A stretch of 64,000 nt of DNA. It comes from a virus. The stretch lies in IMG/VR virus record IMGVR_UViG_3300020724_000005. One strand, 5' to 3'. The notes under the pieces are model-generated. The model was not told the DNA's origin and searched no databases. It saw only the letters and a list, made by a program, of their open reading frames with translations. A program made the translations under genes and the position numbers. Shown piece after piece: positions 28,934 through 37,954 of this stretch (position 1 is the stretch's first letter; the number at the start of each line of letters is the position of its first letter).

Positions 28934-31330
28934 ATGGGAACTTTTTCTACAAAACTCAATATATTCACCAACAACACGCTTCCTGTGTCTGTCAGTTCCA
29001 TAAGATCGAAAGACTTTGGCATCGATGGAAACTACAGCGAGTATGGCAGATTGGTGTTGACCAGCGGTGTTTATGAGCCTCTGTCTACCCAAGATTGCGG
29101 ACCTCACGGAGCCTTTGTGTTTGCACAATCTCTTCCGTCGAACGATCCTGGTACTGCCATCAAGCTATACGTAAGGCCTGACTTTTACACCTCAGGAAGC
29201 GAATATCTCCCTGTTTCACAATCGATTCAAAGCTTTGCAACCCTATACCCAGGAGACACAGCGATGATCCCGGTCACTCCTCAGCAAAAGGGTCTGATAG
29301 CGTCAGTTACACAAGACAACGCTACTCTTGACTACTACATAGGAGATCGTGGCGGGGAATTCGGACACAGCGTACATGTGCTAACGACTCAAGGTGAGTT
29401 CAGTCCTACATACGAATATTTCGTTATGGACGCTCAGCTTGGAGAAACAACTCCGATCGTGGATACTGGGGTATTAATAGGCGATTGGTCTTTTGCATAC
29501 TCTGGGATAGTCAACAACAAAGGATACGTGCTTGCTTTTGACAGTGGAAGCTTTCAACAGACTGTTTTTGTGAATACAAGAGGAGAGATAGTGAGCTCGT
29601 CTATGCCCGTGATAGATGATGGTACGTTTTTTGGAGTAGAACCTCTTGATTACTATGGATATGCATATTTTTATCCTATCAGTGGAGGCGTAGAGCTGAC
29701 ATACTTTGACGGAGATAGCACGTATACTCACACGTTTACGGGATCTACTAACGTGCATTTGGACAATAACTACGACTCAGTAAACAACGTAGGATGCTTT
29801 GTGGCGTATGTCACAGACTACAATGGGGTTTCAGGAGACTATGCAACCGTGTTGATAAACAAAGATAAAGCGTATGTGTTAAACATATTGAACTCTTCTA
29901 CGAATCAATATGCTCAGAGCTACGTTTACAACTACGCTGGATTTGTTTTCTTATCTACGTATGATAGCGTTGCAATGACATACCAGACAATACAGTTCTG
30001 GGACACCAATGGCAATCTGATGAAGAGCATAGATGTTTCTTCATACCATTTTGATACGATGGATAGATTCTTCTATGGCACAGGAAAGCTACAACTGGTG
30101 CTCCACAACTCTTTGGACACAACTCAGCCTTTCTACATGATCAACTACGATGAAACTGTAGACGTGTATCAAGGAGATGATCTGACTTGGTGGCATGAGC
30201 AAGGAACGAACTTTACAAACTACAATATCTATGCAAGAAACAAGAGCGGATTAAATCCTTATCTTGATTCATCTACGGCAAGCTCCTATTATCCAGAATC
30301 TGTAGCAATACTGTTCTATACAGGATCTCAAGACAGCACGTACTTCTTGAACTGGACTGTAAACTACGCAGATGTAACTTATCTGTTCCCAGGATCAACC
30401 CACAAAAACCACGTATTTGCTTCAAGTAGTATGTCTGGCAGCTTATTGAGAATCCCAAGACAGGAGTCTATGTATCCGACAAGCAATAACATAGTACTGA
30501 ACTACAACTTAGTAAATTCTGCCTCTGGAGATCTAAATGCGCTTGTGATAACAGACGTAGGCGTGAATACTATTCAAGTCATTCCAGATATCAGCGTAGT
30601 AAACAACGGATATTACGATATAGCATTCGAACCTATCGGAGACTATACGATGTACGGATATTACGTTTCAGGAGACGATCAGACATACTACAAGATGATC
30701 ACTCCAAACACAGTGGCAGACACGCTGATACTGAACGGAAACGAACCGAATTACAGATTTAGATACAACTCTCTGTACATAAGAACTTGGTCTTACGCAA
30801 ACTACAACTGGTACTTCAACTCTGCTACGAACGCATTTAAACAGATAGACACGTTCTACAGCAGAAGATACTTTACTTATGGATTTGGAGAATCTGGAAT
30901 AAACAACGGCGCGATGCTGCTGGTTAAACCTGATTACTATGCCCCTACTGGAAGCATCACAGGAAGAGTGTTGACTTCTAACTCCATAACAGACGAGGTG
31001 ACTTTTCCGTATGCTCCCTATGGATCTTGGGAATTTTATATGGGAAGCGAATCGGTGGTTTACATATACACAGATCAACCTGATTACGTGAACTCCGAGC
31101 TGCACATCTTTGTATACGATCTCAATCTCAATCTGAAGAAGACAGTATCAAGCTCACTTGCTCCTATGGGAATGGGCGCAATAGATGTGGTAAACGATAG
31201 AATATTCTTAACTTTTGAAAATGGGATCGGAGAACAGGTGTACTACATGATCACTCAAACCACAGTACAAAGAAAAGTCATCGATTCGAGTACAGTCATA
31301 ACCGTAGACGACGGGGTTTGGGAATCATAA
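28934..31330 (+). CDS. large structural protein (fibre/receptor-binding candidate)
   Basis: 798 aa; N-domain LYPGDTAMIPV...LDYYIGDRGG paralogous to 28513..28914; Tyr/Asn/Ser/Thr-rich. Confidence 0.7.
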   Translation: MGTFSTKLNIFTNNTLPVSVSSIRSKDFGIDGNYSEYGRLVLTSGVYEPLSTQDCGPHGAFVFAQSLPSNDPGTAIKLYVRPDFYTSGSEYLPVSQSIQSFATLYPGDTAMIPVTPQQKGLIASVTQDNATLDYYIGDRGGEFGHSVHVLTTQGEFSPTYEYFVMDAQLGETTPIVDTGVLIGDWSFAYSGIVNNKGYVLAFDSGSFQQTVFVNTRGEIVSSSMPVIDDGTFFGVEPLDYYGYAYFYPISGGVELTYFDGDSTYTHTFTGSTNVHLDNNYDSVNNVGCFVAYVTDYNGVSGDYATVLINKDKAYVLNILNSSTNQYAQSYVYNYAGFVFLSTYDSVAMTYQTIQFWDTNGNLMKSIDVSSYHFDTMDRFFYGTGKLQLVLHNSLDTTQPFYMINYDETVDVYQGDDLTWWHEQGTNFTNYNIYARNKSGLNPYLDSSTASSYYPESVAILFYTGSQDSTYFLNWTVNYADVTYLFPGSTHKNHVFASSSMSGSLLRIPRQESMYPTSNNIVLNYNLVNSASGDLNALVITDVGVNTIQVIPDISVVNNGYYDIAFEPIGDYTMYGYYVSGDDQTYYKMITPNTVADTLILNGNEPNYRFRYNSLYIRTWSYANYNWYFNSATNAFKQIDTFYSRRYFTYGFGESGINNGAMLLVKPDYYAPTGSITGRVLTSNSITDEVTFPYAPYGSWEFYMGSESVVYIYTDQPDYVNSELHIFVYDLNLNLKKTVSSSLAPMGMGAIDVVNDRIFLTFENGIGEQVYYMITQTTVQRKVIDSSTVITVDDGVWES

Positions 31331-31352
31331 TCTAGTTAATAAAACGCAAGAC

Positions 31353-31748
31353 ATGCAATATACAGCAAACATAAACATATTCGACAAGGTACTGGTAAAC
31401 TCAACTACTTCTAGCCTGTCCCCTTCTCAGAGCTACGCGATAACTCCGGTTCTCAAACTGTCAACGGACATCGTATCTTCTGGATATATGACTTTCGATG
31501 CTCTCAAAGCAAAGATGAGAGACCTAGCATACATACCATCAGGTTCTGTATTCGAAGAAGAGATCTTGAAGCTGACAGACGCACCAAAGTCGTTGGTCTA
31601 CTCTGGCTCTATGGTGGTCGAATACACTAATCCATACTACAGCGCAACACTGAGAGCGTACAGTGGATCTGTCTCTGTCGACCCTGAACCAACCAGCTCT
31701 GTTGCTCCTATCACTAAGACCAGATCTAAGAAGTCAGGTTCAGTATAA
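31353..31748 (+). CDS. hypothetical structural protein
   Basis: 131 aa; start ANINIFDKVLVNSTT similar to TKLNIFTNNTL of 28934 gene. Confidence 0.55.
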   Translation: MQYTANINIFDKVLVNSTTSSLSPSQSYAITPVLKLSTDIVSSGYMTFDALKAKMRDLAYIPSGSVFEEEILKLTDAPKSLVYSGSMVVEYTNPYYSATLRAYSGSVSVDPEPTSSVAPITKTRSKKSGSV

Positions 31749-31828
31749 CCTCTAGAACCACCATAGAAGCTTCCCAGATGCTCAAGGTTTGATTTTGACG
31801 TCGTTTTGATATAGAACATAGACCACAC

Positions 31829-31853
31829 AAAAAAAGAGCCCTAAATGAGCTCT
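31829..31853 (-). terminator. intrinsic terminator between convergent blocks
   Basis: AGAGC..GCTCT stem; on minus strand followed by TTTTTTT. Confidence 0.5.
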
Positions 31854-31872
31854 AATTCAATATTGCAGTTTT

Positions 31873-32316
31873 TCATATCTGACTTCGTGCCCACTCGCAA
31901 AAAGGTCTAAGCACCTTGTCTCCTGGTTCAAAATCGTACTCGTATAGCTGGAATATCCTCCAAGAATCTAGAGCGTATTCTCCTACGCCTTTCAGCTTTT
32001 TCAACACGTCTATGGGGACTTTCGTGAGGTCTCTGTGCTGCGACTTTATCTCTGTCCACTGTCTCGAGAACTCTATCCACGACTTTGCCCTTCTGTTGTA
32101 GAATCCCAAGGGCTTTATCAGCTGCGCTATCTCTTGCGGATCTGCCTGAGAAAGAGACTCTGAGTCTGGCCACCTTCTAAAGAACTCGTGCCGGATCTGA
32201 TCCATCTGTTTGTGGCTGGTCTGGTTGAGCATCATGCAAGCCAAGAGCATCTTCCAAGGATCGTCTCTGTACTCTTCTTGTCTCGTGTTTAGCGGGGATG
32301 TGCGTAACCTTTTCAT
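31873..32316 (-). CDS. HhH-GPD DNA glycosylase, MBD4-like
   Basis: DPWKMLLACMMLNQTSHKQ, LIKPLGFYNRRAKSWIEFS, LKGVGEYALDSWRIFQ align by eye with the MBD4 glycosylase domain. Confidence 0.8.
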   Translation of the reverse strand: MKRLRTSPLNTRQEEYRDDPWKMLLACMMLNQTSHKQMDQIRHEFFRRWPDSESLSQADPQEIAQLIKPLGFYNRRAKSWIEFSRQWTEIKSQHRDLTKVPIDVLKKLKGVGEYALDSWRIFQLYEYDFEPGDKVLRPFCEWARSQI

Positions 32317-32393
32317 TTCGTAACCATTTAGATCGAAAAAGGGACGTTGGAAGCGCCCCTTTTCTTTTTATAGTGTGTCAAACTTCAAACTTA

Positions 32394-32942
32394 TCAGTAG
32401 AGATCTTCGTCTTCTTCGTCGTCTCCGTAAAGAAGATCGTGGATGTCTTTGTCAGGGTTCAAGCCTTTTATCGCTTTTGCCCCCTTCTTGGCCTGCTTCA
32501 TCGCCATCGAGGCCATCTTCTCGTCTTCGTCTTCTTCAGGTTCAGTTATCTTGGCTTTCATCACTTTGTCAGTTATCAGCTCTCTAACCTCTTCCGGTAT
32601 CATCTTCCAGCCCATGTATGCATAGTCAGCAAGGCCCTCTTCTGAGAAATCTTCTGAGTCTAAAATTTCTTCTTTTTCTTCTACTGATATCAAGTCCCAC
32701 TTTTTAGAGATTTCCATTTCTGTATTTTCATACATGTCTTCAACTTCATCCATCTCCTCCTCTTCTCTCATGATGCCATTGATAGCCTGAAGATCCATCA
32801 TCCCCATGAGTCCTTCGTTGAGTCCTGTCTTGGATTTTGGTCTTGAAGATTTGAAAGAGACCCTCTCTGCCCCTTTAGCTCCTGTGTAAGGTCCTTGCTT
32901 CTGCTCACGCATCCAGCCCTGTAAATCAAAATTATCTGCCAT
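32394..32942 (-). CDS. hypothetical highly acidic protein
   Basis: start set to MADNFDLQGW (ATG 32942) downstream of TATTTATA box; Glu/Asp-rich. Confidence 0.55.
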   Translation of the reverse strand: MADNFDLQGWMREQKQGPYTGAKGAERVSFKSSRPKSKTGLNEGLMGMMDLQAINGIMREEEEMDEVEDMYENTEMEISKKWDLISVEEKEEILDSEDFSEEGLADYAYMGWKMIPEEVRELITDKVMKAKITEPEEDEDEKMASMAMKQAKKGAKAIKGLNPDKDIHDLLYGDDEEDEDLY

Positions 32943-32957
32943 GTCGTTTGTTTTTGT

Positions 32958-32965
32958 TATAAATA
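32958..32965 (-). promoter_or_regulatory. TATTTATA upstream box (class II)
   Basis: 15 nt upstream of ATG 32942. Confidence 0.35.
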
Positions 32966-32973
32966 TACAAGAA

Positions 32974-33213
32974 TTATGCTTCAATGACTTCTGTGCTGAC
33001 CATTTCGAACTCGATCTCCTCGATCTTTTTACAGAAGAAGAACCTGGAGTCGTTTTTCAAGGCAACATCAGCACCAAGATGCCCTTTCCAACTGCCAAAT
33101 AGTTCCTGTTTCAAAAGCTTTTCGTCATTGTAAAAGTACTCGATCCCGAAAGTCTCTATCACCTCGTACAGATCGTCTTTCTGTCTAAGGAGTTTTCTGT
33201 GCGCTGTGATCAT
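32974..33213 (-). CDS. hypothetical protein
   Basis: 79-aa ORF, ATG start, overlaps next by 4 nt. Confidence 0.5.
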   Translation of the reverse strand: MITAHRKLLRQKDDLYEVIETFGIEYFYNDEKLLKQELFGSWKGHLGADVALKNDSRFFFCKKIEEIEFEMVSTEVIEA

Positions 33214-33401
33214 GCTCCTACCTTGTTTATCATGTGGCTGGAATCGACATAATGGAGCTTGCCAGTTTCTAGCTCTATCGTGTAGACGTCTTCGTACTCG
33301 TCTTGGTGCAGAACGTTTTTCGTATCCTTTACGACGCCTATCTTTACTGTGCCTTTTTGAGTGGAGAACATCACAGTGTCTCCGATGTTGTATGTGATCA
33401 T
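33210..33401 (-). CDS. hypothetical protein
   Basis: 63-aa ORF, beta-rich. Confidence 0.5.
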   Translation of the reverse strand: MITYNIGDTVMFSTQKGTVKIGVVKDTKNVLHQDEYEDVYTIELETGKLHYVDSSHMINKVGA

Positions 33402-33421
33402 GTGTTGTGAATTTTAAAGTT

Positions 33422-33595
33422 TTAGTTCATATAGCCACCCTCATGAAGTCTTATGTATGCTTCACAATCTGCAAGTGAGCCTATTATTAAAGCTGAGCCA
33501 AGTTCTCCATTTACCATGCCAGATTCATCTTCTTCTACTTTAAAAACGGCATAATTACCATCTTGCCAATATTGTACTTTGTATTTCTTTTCCAT
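33422..33595 (-). CDS. hypothetical protein
   Basis: track start 33604 is TTG; first ATG 33595 (MEKKYKVQYW). Confidence 0.5.
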   Translation of the reverse strand: MEKKYKVQYWQDGNYAVFKVEEDESGMVNGELGSALIIGSLADCEAYIRLHEGGYMN

Positions 33596-33596
33596 G

Positions 33597-34127
33597 TTAT
33601 TCAAAGTTTGGGTCGTTTATGATGATGTCGTAATTCTCAAAATCTTCAAAGTCTTTTCTGTCTGCTTCAAGCCTTCTGTCAACCGTATCCGCGTCAGATC
33701 TCAGCGCAAGCCTTTCTCTTCTGACATCCTCTGTAATATCAAAGCATACCACCAAAGATTCTTTCCTGTCCTCCTCTGACATGTGAGCAAGACCAGACGG
33801 TGTCATGATGAATATGCAACCTTTTGTCTTCATCTGGGCATTAGACGTGCCGTATTGCCATCCGTTGAAAGAGACGTGTTCGTAGAAGAAGTTCATCTTG
33901 ACCAGATCTTGAAACTTGTACTCTGGGATGAAATAATAGTCTTTTCCGTGGACTTCACCCGCCCTCATAGGCCTGGTTGTGTAAGAGATCTGGTAGGGAT
34001 ATCCTCTTTCTTCAAGGATCTTTCTCGCATGATCTTTTCCAGAAGCCGCTTTACCTATCAAGACGATCCTCTTCTTGTCTTCGGCATCAAACAGAGAGAT
34101 GAGATGATCTATGTTTTTTATGACCAT
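33597..34127 (-). CDS. guanylate kinase-like nucleotide kinase
   Basis: GKAASGKD P-loop, SYTTRPMRAGEVHGKDYYFI, FFYEHVSFNGWQYGTS match Gmk motifs. Confidence 0.75.
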   Translation of the reverse strand: MVIKNIDHLISLFDAEDKKRIVLIGKAASGKDHARKILEERGYPYQISYTTRPMRAGEVHGKDYYFIPEYKFQDLVKMNFFYEHVSFNGWQYGTSNAQMKTKGCIFIMTPSGLAHMSEEDRKESLVVCFDITEDVRRERLALRSDADTVDRRLEADRKDFEDFENYDIIINDPNFE

Positions 34128-34128
34128 G

Positions 34129-34293
34129 CTATTCTCCGATTATTTCCGTGACGAATTCTGTTCTTTCCATCTCCCTGTCGATGAGTTCTAAGCACACCCG
34201 TCTTACATCCTCGGAAGTAAATGAGCTCTTTTCAAAGCACAGGGAGTGGAATGTCTTTTCTACCAGCTCTTTTGCCGCTTGTTCTCTTGTCAT
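34129..34293 (-). CDS. hypothetical protein
   Basis: start set to MTREQAAKEL (ATG 34293), avoiding overlap with lysin gene. Confidence 0.45.
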   Translation of the reverse strand: MTREQAAKELVEKTFHSLCFEKSSFTSEDVRRVCLELIDREMERTEFVTEIIGE

Positions 34294-34343
34294 AACGTTG
34301 TTTTTATAAAAGTAATTGGAAATGTCTACCTGGAGAAATCTAA

Positions 34344-34844
34344 CTATAGAGTAGAACAGTAATATACGCTGTCTTGTGACCTCATGAACTCGCGATTTTC
34401 TTTTATCACTCGAAGGATCCTCTTTTTGTAAGTCCCGCACTCGGAGTATCTCTTACCGATGAATGCCATATATTGAGATCTTGTAAGTGGCTTCTTTTCA
34501 AGTATGCTTTTTTGGTATAGCAAGTAGTCTTGAATGCAAGCCTCCCATCCAGGATATAGGGCGTATCCATTCAACTGACCGGCGGCGGTGGTAGGTCTCT
34601 TTGTCGGCATCTTCATCCCAAGAAAGTTGTTGTTGGATCTGGTGATGTGACTTTTGAGTTCAGCAGATTCTAGCAAGATCTGAGCAAACACGACGTCTAC
34701 GTATGCTACCCCAGACCTTTTAAGCTCAAGGTACACGTTCTCCTTAGTGCATTGCTTGGATTTTTCGTTGTCTGTGTTAGAGAAGCACAAAAAAGCGCCG
34801 CTGGCGATCGTGATCAGTATCAGTAATAGTACCTTTTTCATCAT
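34344..34844 (-). CDS. secreted glucosaminidase-type endolysin
   Basis: N-term signal/anchor MMKKVLLLILITIASGAFLCFS; FAQILLESAELKS...NNNFLGMK matches mannosyl-glycoprotein endo-beta-N-acetylglucosaminidase. Confidence 0.65.
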   Translation of the reverse strand: MMKKVLLLILITIASGAFLCFSNTDNEKSKQCTKENVYLELKRSGVAYVDVVFAQILLESAELKSHITRSNNNFLGMKMPTKRPTTAAGQLNGYALYPGWEACIQDYLLYQKSILEKKPLTRSQYMAFIGKRYSECGTYKKRILRVIKENREFMRSQDSVYYCSTL

Positions 34845-34868
34845 GTAACGTTTTTGAGTTAATAAATA

Positions 34869-35471
34869 TCAGTCCCACCAAGACCTGAGATGTGTCTCTA
34901 GCATCTTGAACAGGATCCTATTGGCCTTTTTGTCAAGGTAGTATCCCATGTTCATCGCTATCTTCTCCTTGGTATCGTTTTCGAAGATGTATTTGTCAGA
35001 CTTTGTGACCTCTCTGTATGCGTGTGGGTATTTTGCAAAGTAGTCATAGAAGTTCTCTGACAGCTCTGTGACCTCCATCTGGTAAAAAGGGCCGTCATCT
35101 TCTATGTCTCCGTCTTCTCTGAACTTCTCCATGACGTCTTCTGGAACTTCGCATGGCGTCCAATCGAATTTAGACTTGTGATAGTCTGTGTACTCGCTCT
35201 GATAGGTCTCTTCTTTGACTCTATCGATCAGTCTCACGCAGGTCATCATCTTCTGGGCATCTGTTTTGGCATCGACATGATAACCGTTCTTGCCTATGTA
35301 GTCTGCTTGGTGTTCCAGTTTCGTCTTCAGGATCTCAAAGATGTATGAATGATCCCAGTCGCGATCTTTCCAAATCACTTTGAACCAACGTATCAAATTT
35401 TTAATGCCCCTGTAAACGTCTTTGTGGTAATATCTGCCTTCAAACTTCCACCATAGTCTTATCTTTCTCAT
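34869..35471 (-). CDS. hypothetical protein
   Basis: 200-aa ORF, Trp/Tyr/Lys-rich. Confidence 0.6.
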   Translation of the reverse strand: MRKIRLWWKFEGRYYHKDVYRGIKNLIRWFKVIWKDRDWDHSYIFEILKTKLEHQADYIGKNGYHVDAKTDAQKMMTCVRLIDRVKEETYQSEYTDYHKSKFDWTPCEVPEDVMEKFREDGDIEDDGPFYQMEVTELSENFYDYFAKYPHAYREVTKSDKYIFENDTKEKIAMNMGYYLDKKANRILFKMLETHLRSWWD

Positions 35472-36382
35472 ATCGAAAAGTCTTTTATATACTTGAATAC
35501 TGCTAGGTCCTTTGCTTTTGCCTCTATCTCCACGTCAAACTGAATATCAAACGCCTCTATCCTCTCATAAATGTAATCAGCGTGGGCCGTAACCACTGCA
35601 TTTAAGTCCTCAGTACGCCTTGAAGATGACATGTGGGTTATCGGCACTGTCTTCCAAGTCGATACTGCCAACCTAAGAGCCTCCTCCATGGTCTGATCTT
35701 TTGGACCGTAGTTGAAGTGGTGCTGATCGAAGACTATCGATATGCCTATCTTCGTGTAGACCCAATCGTATAGCATCTTTACCGAGTACTGGTTTGGACT
35801 GTCGTCGTTTTCCACAGTCAACCTCTTCTTACAGGATTCAGAAAGCCTCTGGAAGTTATCACAGAAGCGCCTGGATGCGTCCTCTCTGCTAGGTTTTGTG
35901 GTATTGATGTGTATGTTTATGGGATAGTAGGTAGATGCCTCCAGACCCATCATATCGAATATCTGAGCATGCTTGTCCAGATCGACTATGGTCTTATCCA
36001 CCACCGCCTGATTCTCACTTGCCAGCACATCGAAAGGACCTGGATGGAAAGAAACTCGTATGTCGTTATCCACGATGAACTTACCTAATTCGGCCAGCTT
36101 GAACTGTATCACGCTGAATCGAGGAAGATCACTGAACTCGTAAAGACCCATGAACGCAAACATATCGCTCGACATCCTGTATAGCTTGATGCCCTTTGAT
36201 AGGTTGTACTTGAGCAATCGCCGGCAGTCGTCTATGTTGGCTATGGCAAGATCGCTTACGTAAGGCAGACCCTTGAGATCGAAAGTACGTTTTACCATGG
36301 TACGATTCACCGATATGTGATCCTTTTTCTGCTTGCCTTGGTTGATGCCCAAAGAGATGCAGCAGTATCCTAGTCTTCTCAT
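35468..36382 (-). CDS. UV damage endonuclease (UVDE/UvsE)
   Basis: MRRLGYCCISLG, FHPGPF, NIHI, TVENDD, FDQHH, THMSS, HADY, EIEAKAKD follow UvdE family order. Confidence 0.85.
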   Translation of the reverse strand: MRRLGYCCISLGINQGKQKKDHISVNRTMVKRTFDLKGLPYVSDLAIANIDDCRRLLKYNLSKGIKLYRMSSDMFAFMGLYEFSDLPRFSVIQFKLAELGKFIVDNDIRVSFHPGPFDVLASENQAVVDKTIVDLDKHAQIFDMMGLEASTYYPINIHINTTKPSREDASRRFCDNFQRLSESCKKRLTVENDDSPNQYSVKMLYDWVYTKIGISIVFDQHHFNYGPKDQTMEEALRLAVSTWKTVPITHMSSSRRTEDLNAVVTAHADYIYERIEAFDIQFDVEIEAKAKDLAVFKYIKDFSI

Positions 36383-36388
36383 GTCTTT

Positions 36389-36571
36389 TTATTTTACCCA
36401 CTCGTAATACCCATCGGCCATCGCCTGAGACAGTGTTAATCTTGGATCGTTTTTCATCGCCTGTAGAGCCCAACACACCACTTCGGTCTCCAATCCCCAC
36501 TCTTTAGCGCTTTTTAAGAAATCGTGTACAGATTGCATCTGATCTAAAAAATCGTCTTGTTGATTCTCCAT
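36389..36571 (-). CDS. hypothetical protein
   Basis: 60-aa helical ORF. Confidence 0.5.
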   Translation of the reverse strand: MENQQDDFLDQMQSVHDFLKSAKEWGLETEVVCWALQAMKNDPRLTLSQAMADGYYEWVK

Positions 36572-36908
36572 AACTTTGATTTTACTGATTTGATGATGTG
36601 AGCTACTTCATGTATCTGGACGTTTGCAAGACTAGCCAGGCTGAAATGACTTAAAGAATCTGGACATAGGCCAAGCACGTGTAATATAGAATCTACCATC
36701 GTTTATTTTTTGAATCTTTTTGGAGAATATGTCTTTATATTGCTGTTATACTTTTTACCCTTGAATGTGTTACCAAAATGTTTTTTTCTTTTGCCTTTTC
36801 TATCCTCGTTTCGTCTCTGTCTTGCTTTTTCATGAAATCTAAAAGAAAGTCTCTGTGCTTTTCATAGTCTGGATGTCTTGGAGTAGTGCTTGGTATTGAG
36901 AATCTATG

Positions 36909-37343
36909 TTATTCATTCCTGAGTTCTTTTTGTGTTTGTATCTTGATGTCTCTTTCCTTTATCGCCTCCTTCTTGTCGTACAACCGCTTTCCTTTGGCTA
37001 TCGCCACCTTTAGCTTTATCTTGCCGTCCAGATCGAATATCTCCAACGGTACAAGCGTCACTCCACGCTCTGTGAGGTTCTTGGCTATGTTCTGGATCTC
37101 CTTTCGGTTGAGCAATAGTTTCTTATCTCTGAGCTCCTCGTGGTCCCTGGATGAGTTCTTAAGACGTCCTATGTGCATTCCTTTGATGTAGGCTTCACCG
37201 TCTGAAACGTAAGCAAAGCTCTCTGATATGCTCGCATCGTTGTTTCTGATCGACCTGACCTCAGAACCGAAAAGCTGGATGCCGGCTGTGTATTCCCTGA
37301 GGATGTGGTACTCGTATCTCGCTTTTCGGTTCGTGATCTTCAT
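36909..37343 (-). CDS. smpB: SsrA-binding protein SmpB
   Basis: NRKARYEYHI, GSEVRSIR, AYIKGMHI, RDKKLLLNRKEI, RGVTLVPL, KVAIAKGKRLYDKKEAIKERD match SmpB along whole length; start set to MKITNRK. Confidence 0.9.
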   Translation of the reverse strand: MKITNRKARYEYHILREYTAGIQLFGSEVRSIRNNDASISESFAYVSDGEAYIKGMHIGRLKNSSRDHEELRDKKLLLNRKEIQNIAKNLTERGVTLVPLEIFDLDGKIKLKVAIAKGKRLYDKKEAIKERDIKIQTQKELRNE

Positions 37344-37345
37344 GT

Positions 37346-37657
37346 CTAGTATGTTTTTCCTGTGGTATCGACTCCTATGAACTCGTCTAACGTTTTCAGG
37401 TCTGGCTTCATAGAACCTGGCTCTTTTGAATAGTCCCAAACCTTTCCTGTCGAGTCTGCGATGGTTATCTTTCCTCTTGTGAAGTCGAAGATCTGCTTCT
37501 CTGTCAGCAATCCTACCGTCTTATTGAGTCTGTCTTTTATCTTGAATCCTGGTTGGGACTTGATCCCGTTTCCGGTGTGCTCAGTCATAGTTGTCTTGAT
37601 TGCCATCAGTATCATGCCCTCTGAGTTCAGTAGTTCTATCGTGTCTTTGTTCTTCAT
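37346..37657 (-). CDS. hypothetical protein
   Basis: 103-aa ORF, stop 2 nt before smpB ATG. Confidence 0.55.
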   Translation of the reverse strand: MKNKDTIELLNSEGMILMAIKTTMTEHTGNGIKSQPGFKIKDRLNKTVGLLTEKQIFDFTRGKITIADSTGKVWDYSKEPGSMKPDLKTLDEFIGVDTTGKTY

Positions 37658-37667
37658 GTCATTGTTT

Positions 37668-37950
37668 TAGTGTGAATCTCCTACGTCGTGCTTCTCTCCG
37701 TATATCACAAAGTCAGAACCAAAATCAGCAGGAGTTGAGAACCTTTTTGCGTATTCCCACAGCCTCTCCTTGATCTTGTACTTGTCAGCGATCGTATACC
37801 ACACATTCGAGTCATAGAATCCCTGAGAATCCGATCCCTTTTCTACGTCGTGATCCAGTTCTCTACGATGAACTCAAGCTCGTTGTGAGTTATGTTGAAT
37901 TTTGTTTTCGTGTTGAGCTTGTCTACTATGCCCCGTCTTGTCGTGTTCAT
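37668..37950 (-). pseudogene. frame-disrupted small gene (or programmed -1 shift)
   Basis: ATG 37950 frame stops at TAG 37843-37845; -1 frame open from 37873 to TAA 37668 without ATG (…EKGSDSQGFYDSNVWYTIADKYK…). Confidence 0.4.
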
Positions 37951-37954
37951 GTTT

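Noticed and set aside
28637-31105. Minus-strand ORFs 28637..29128, 29474..29758, 30273..30458 and 30668..31105
   Set aside because: They are antisense to long structural genes and are Arg/Ser/Cys-rich, typical of shadow ORFs.
36129-36500. 123-aa ORF overlapping the UVDE start; also 31928..32173 inside the glycosylase gene
   Set aside because: These are alternate frames of genes with strong family motifs, and their composition is Arg-rich.
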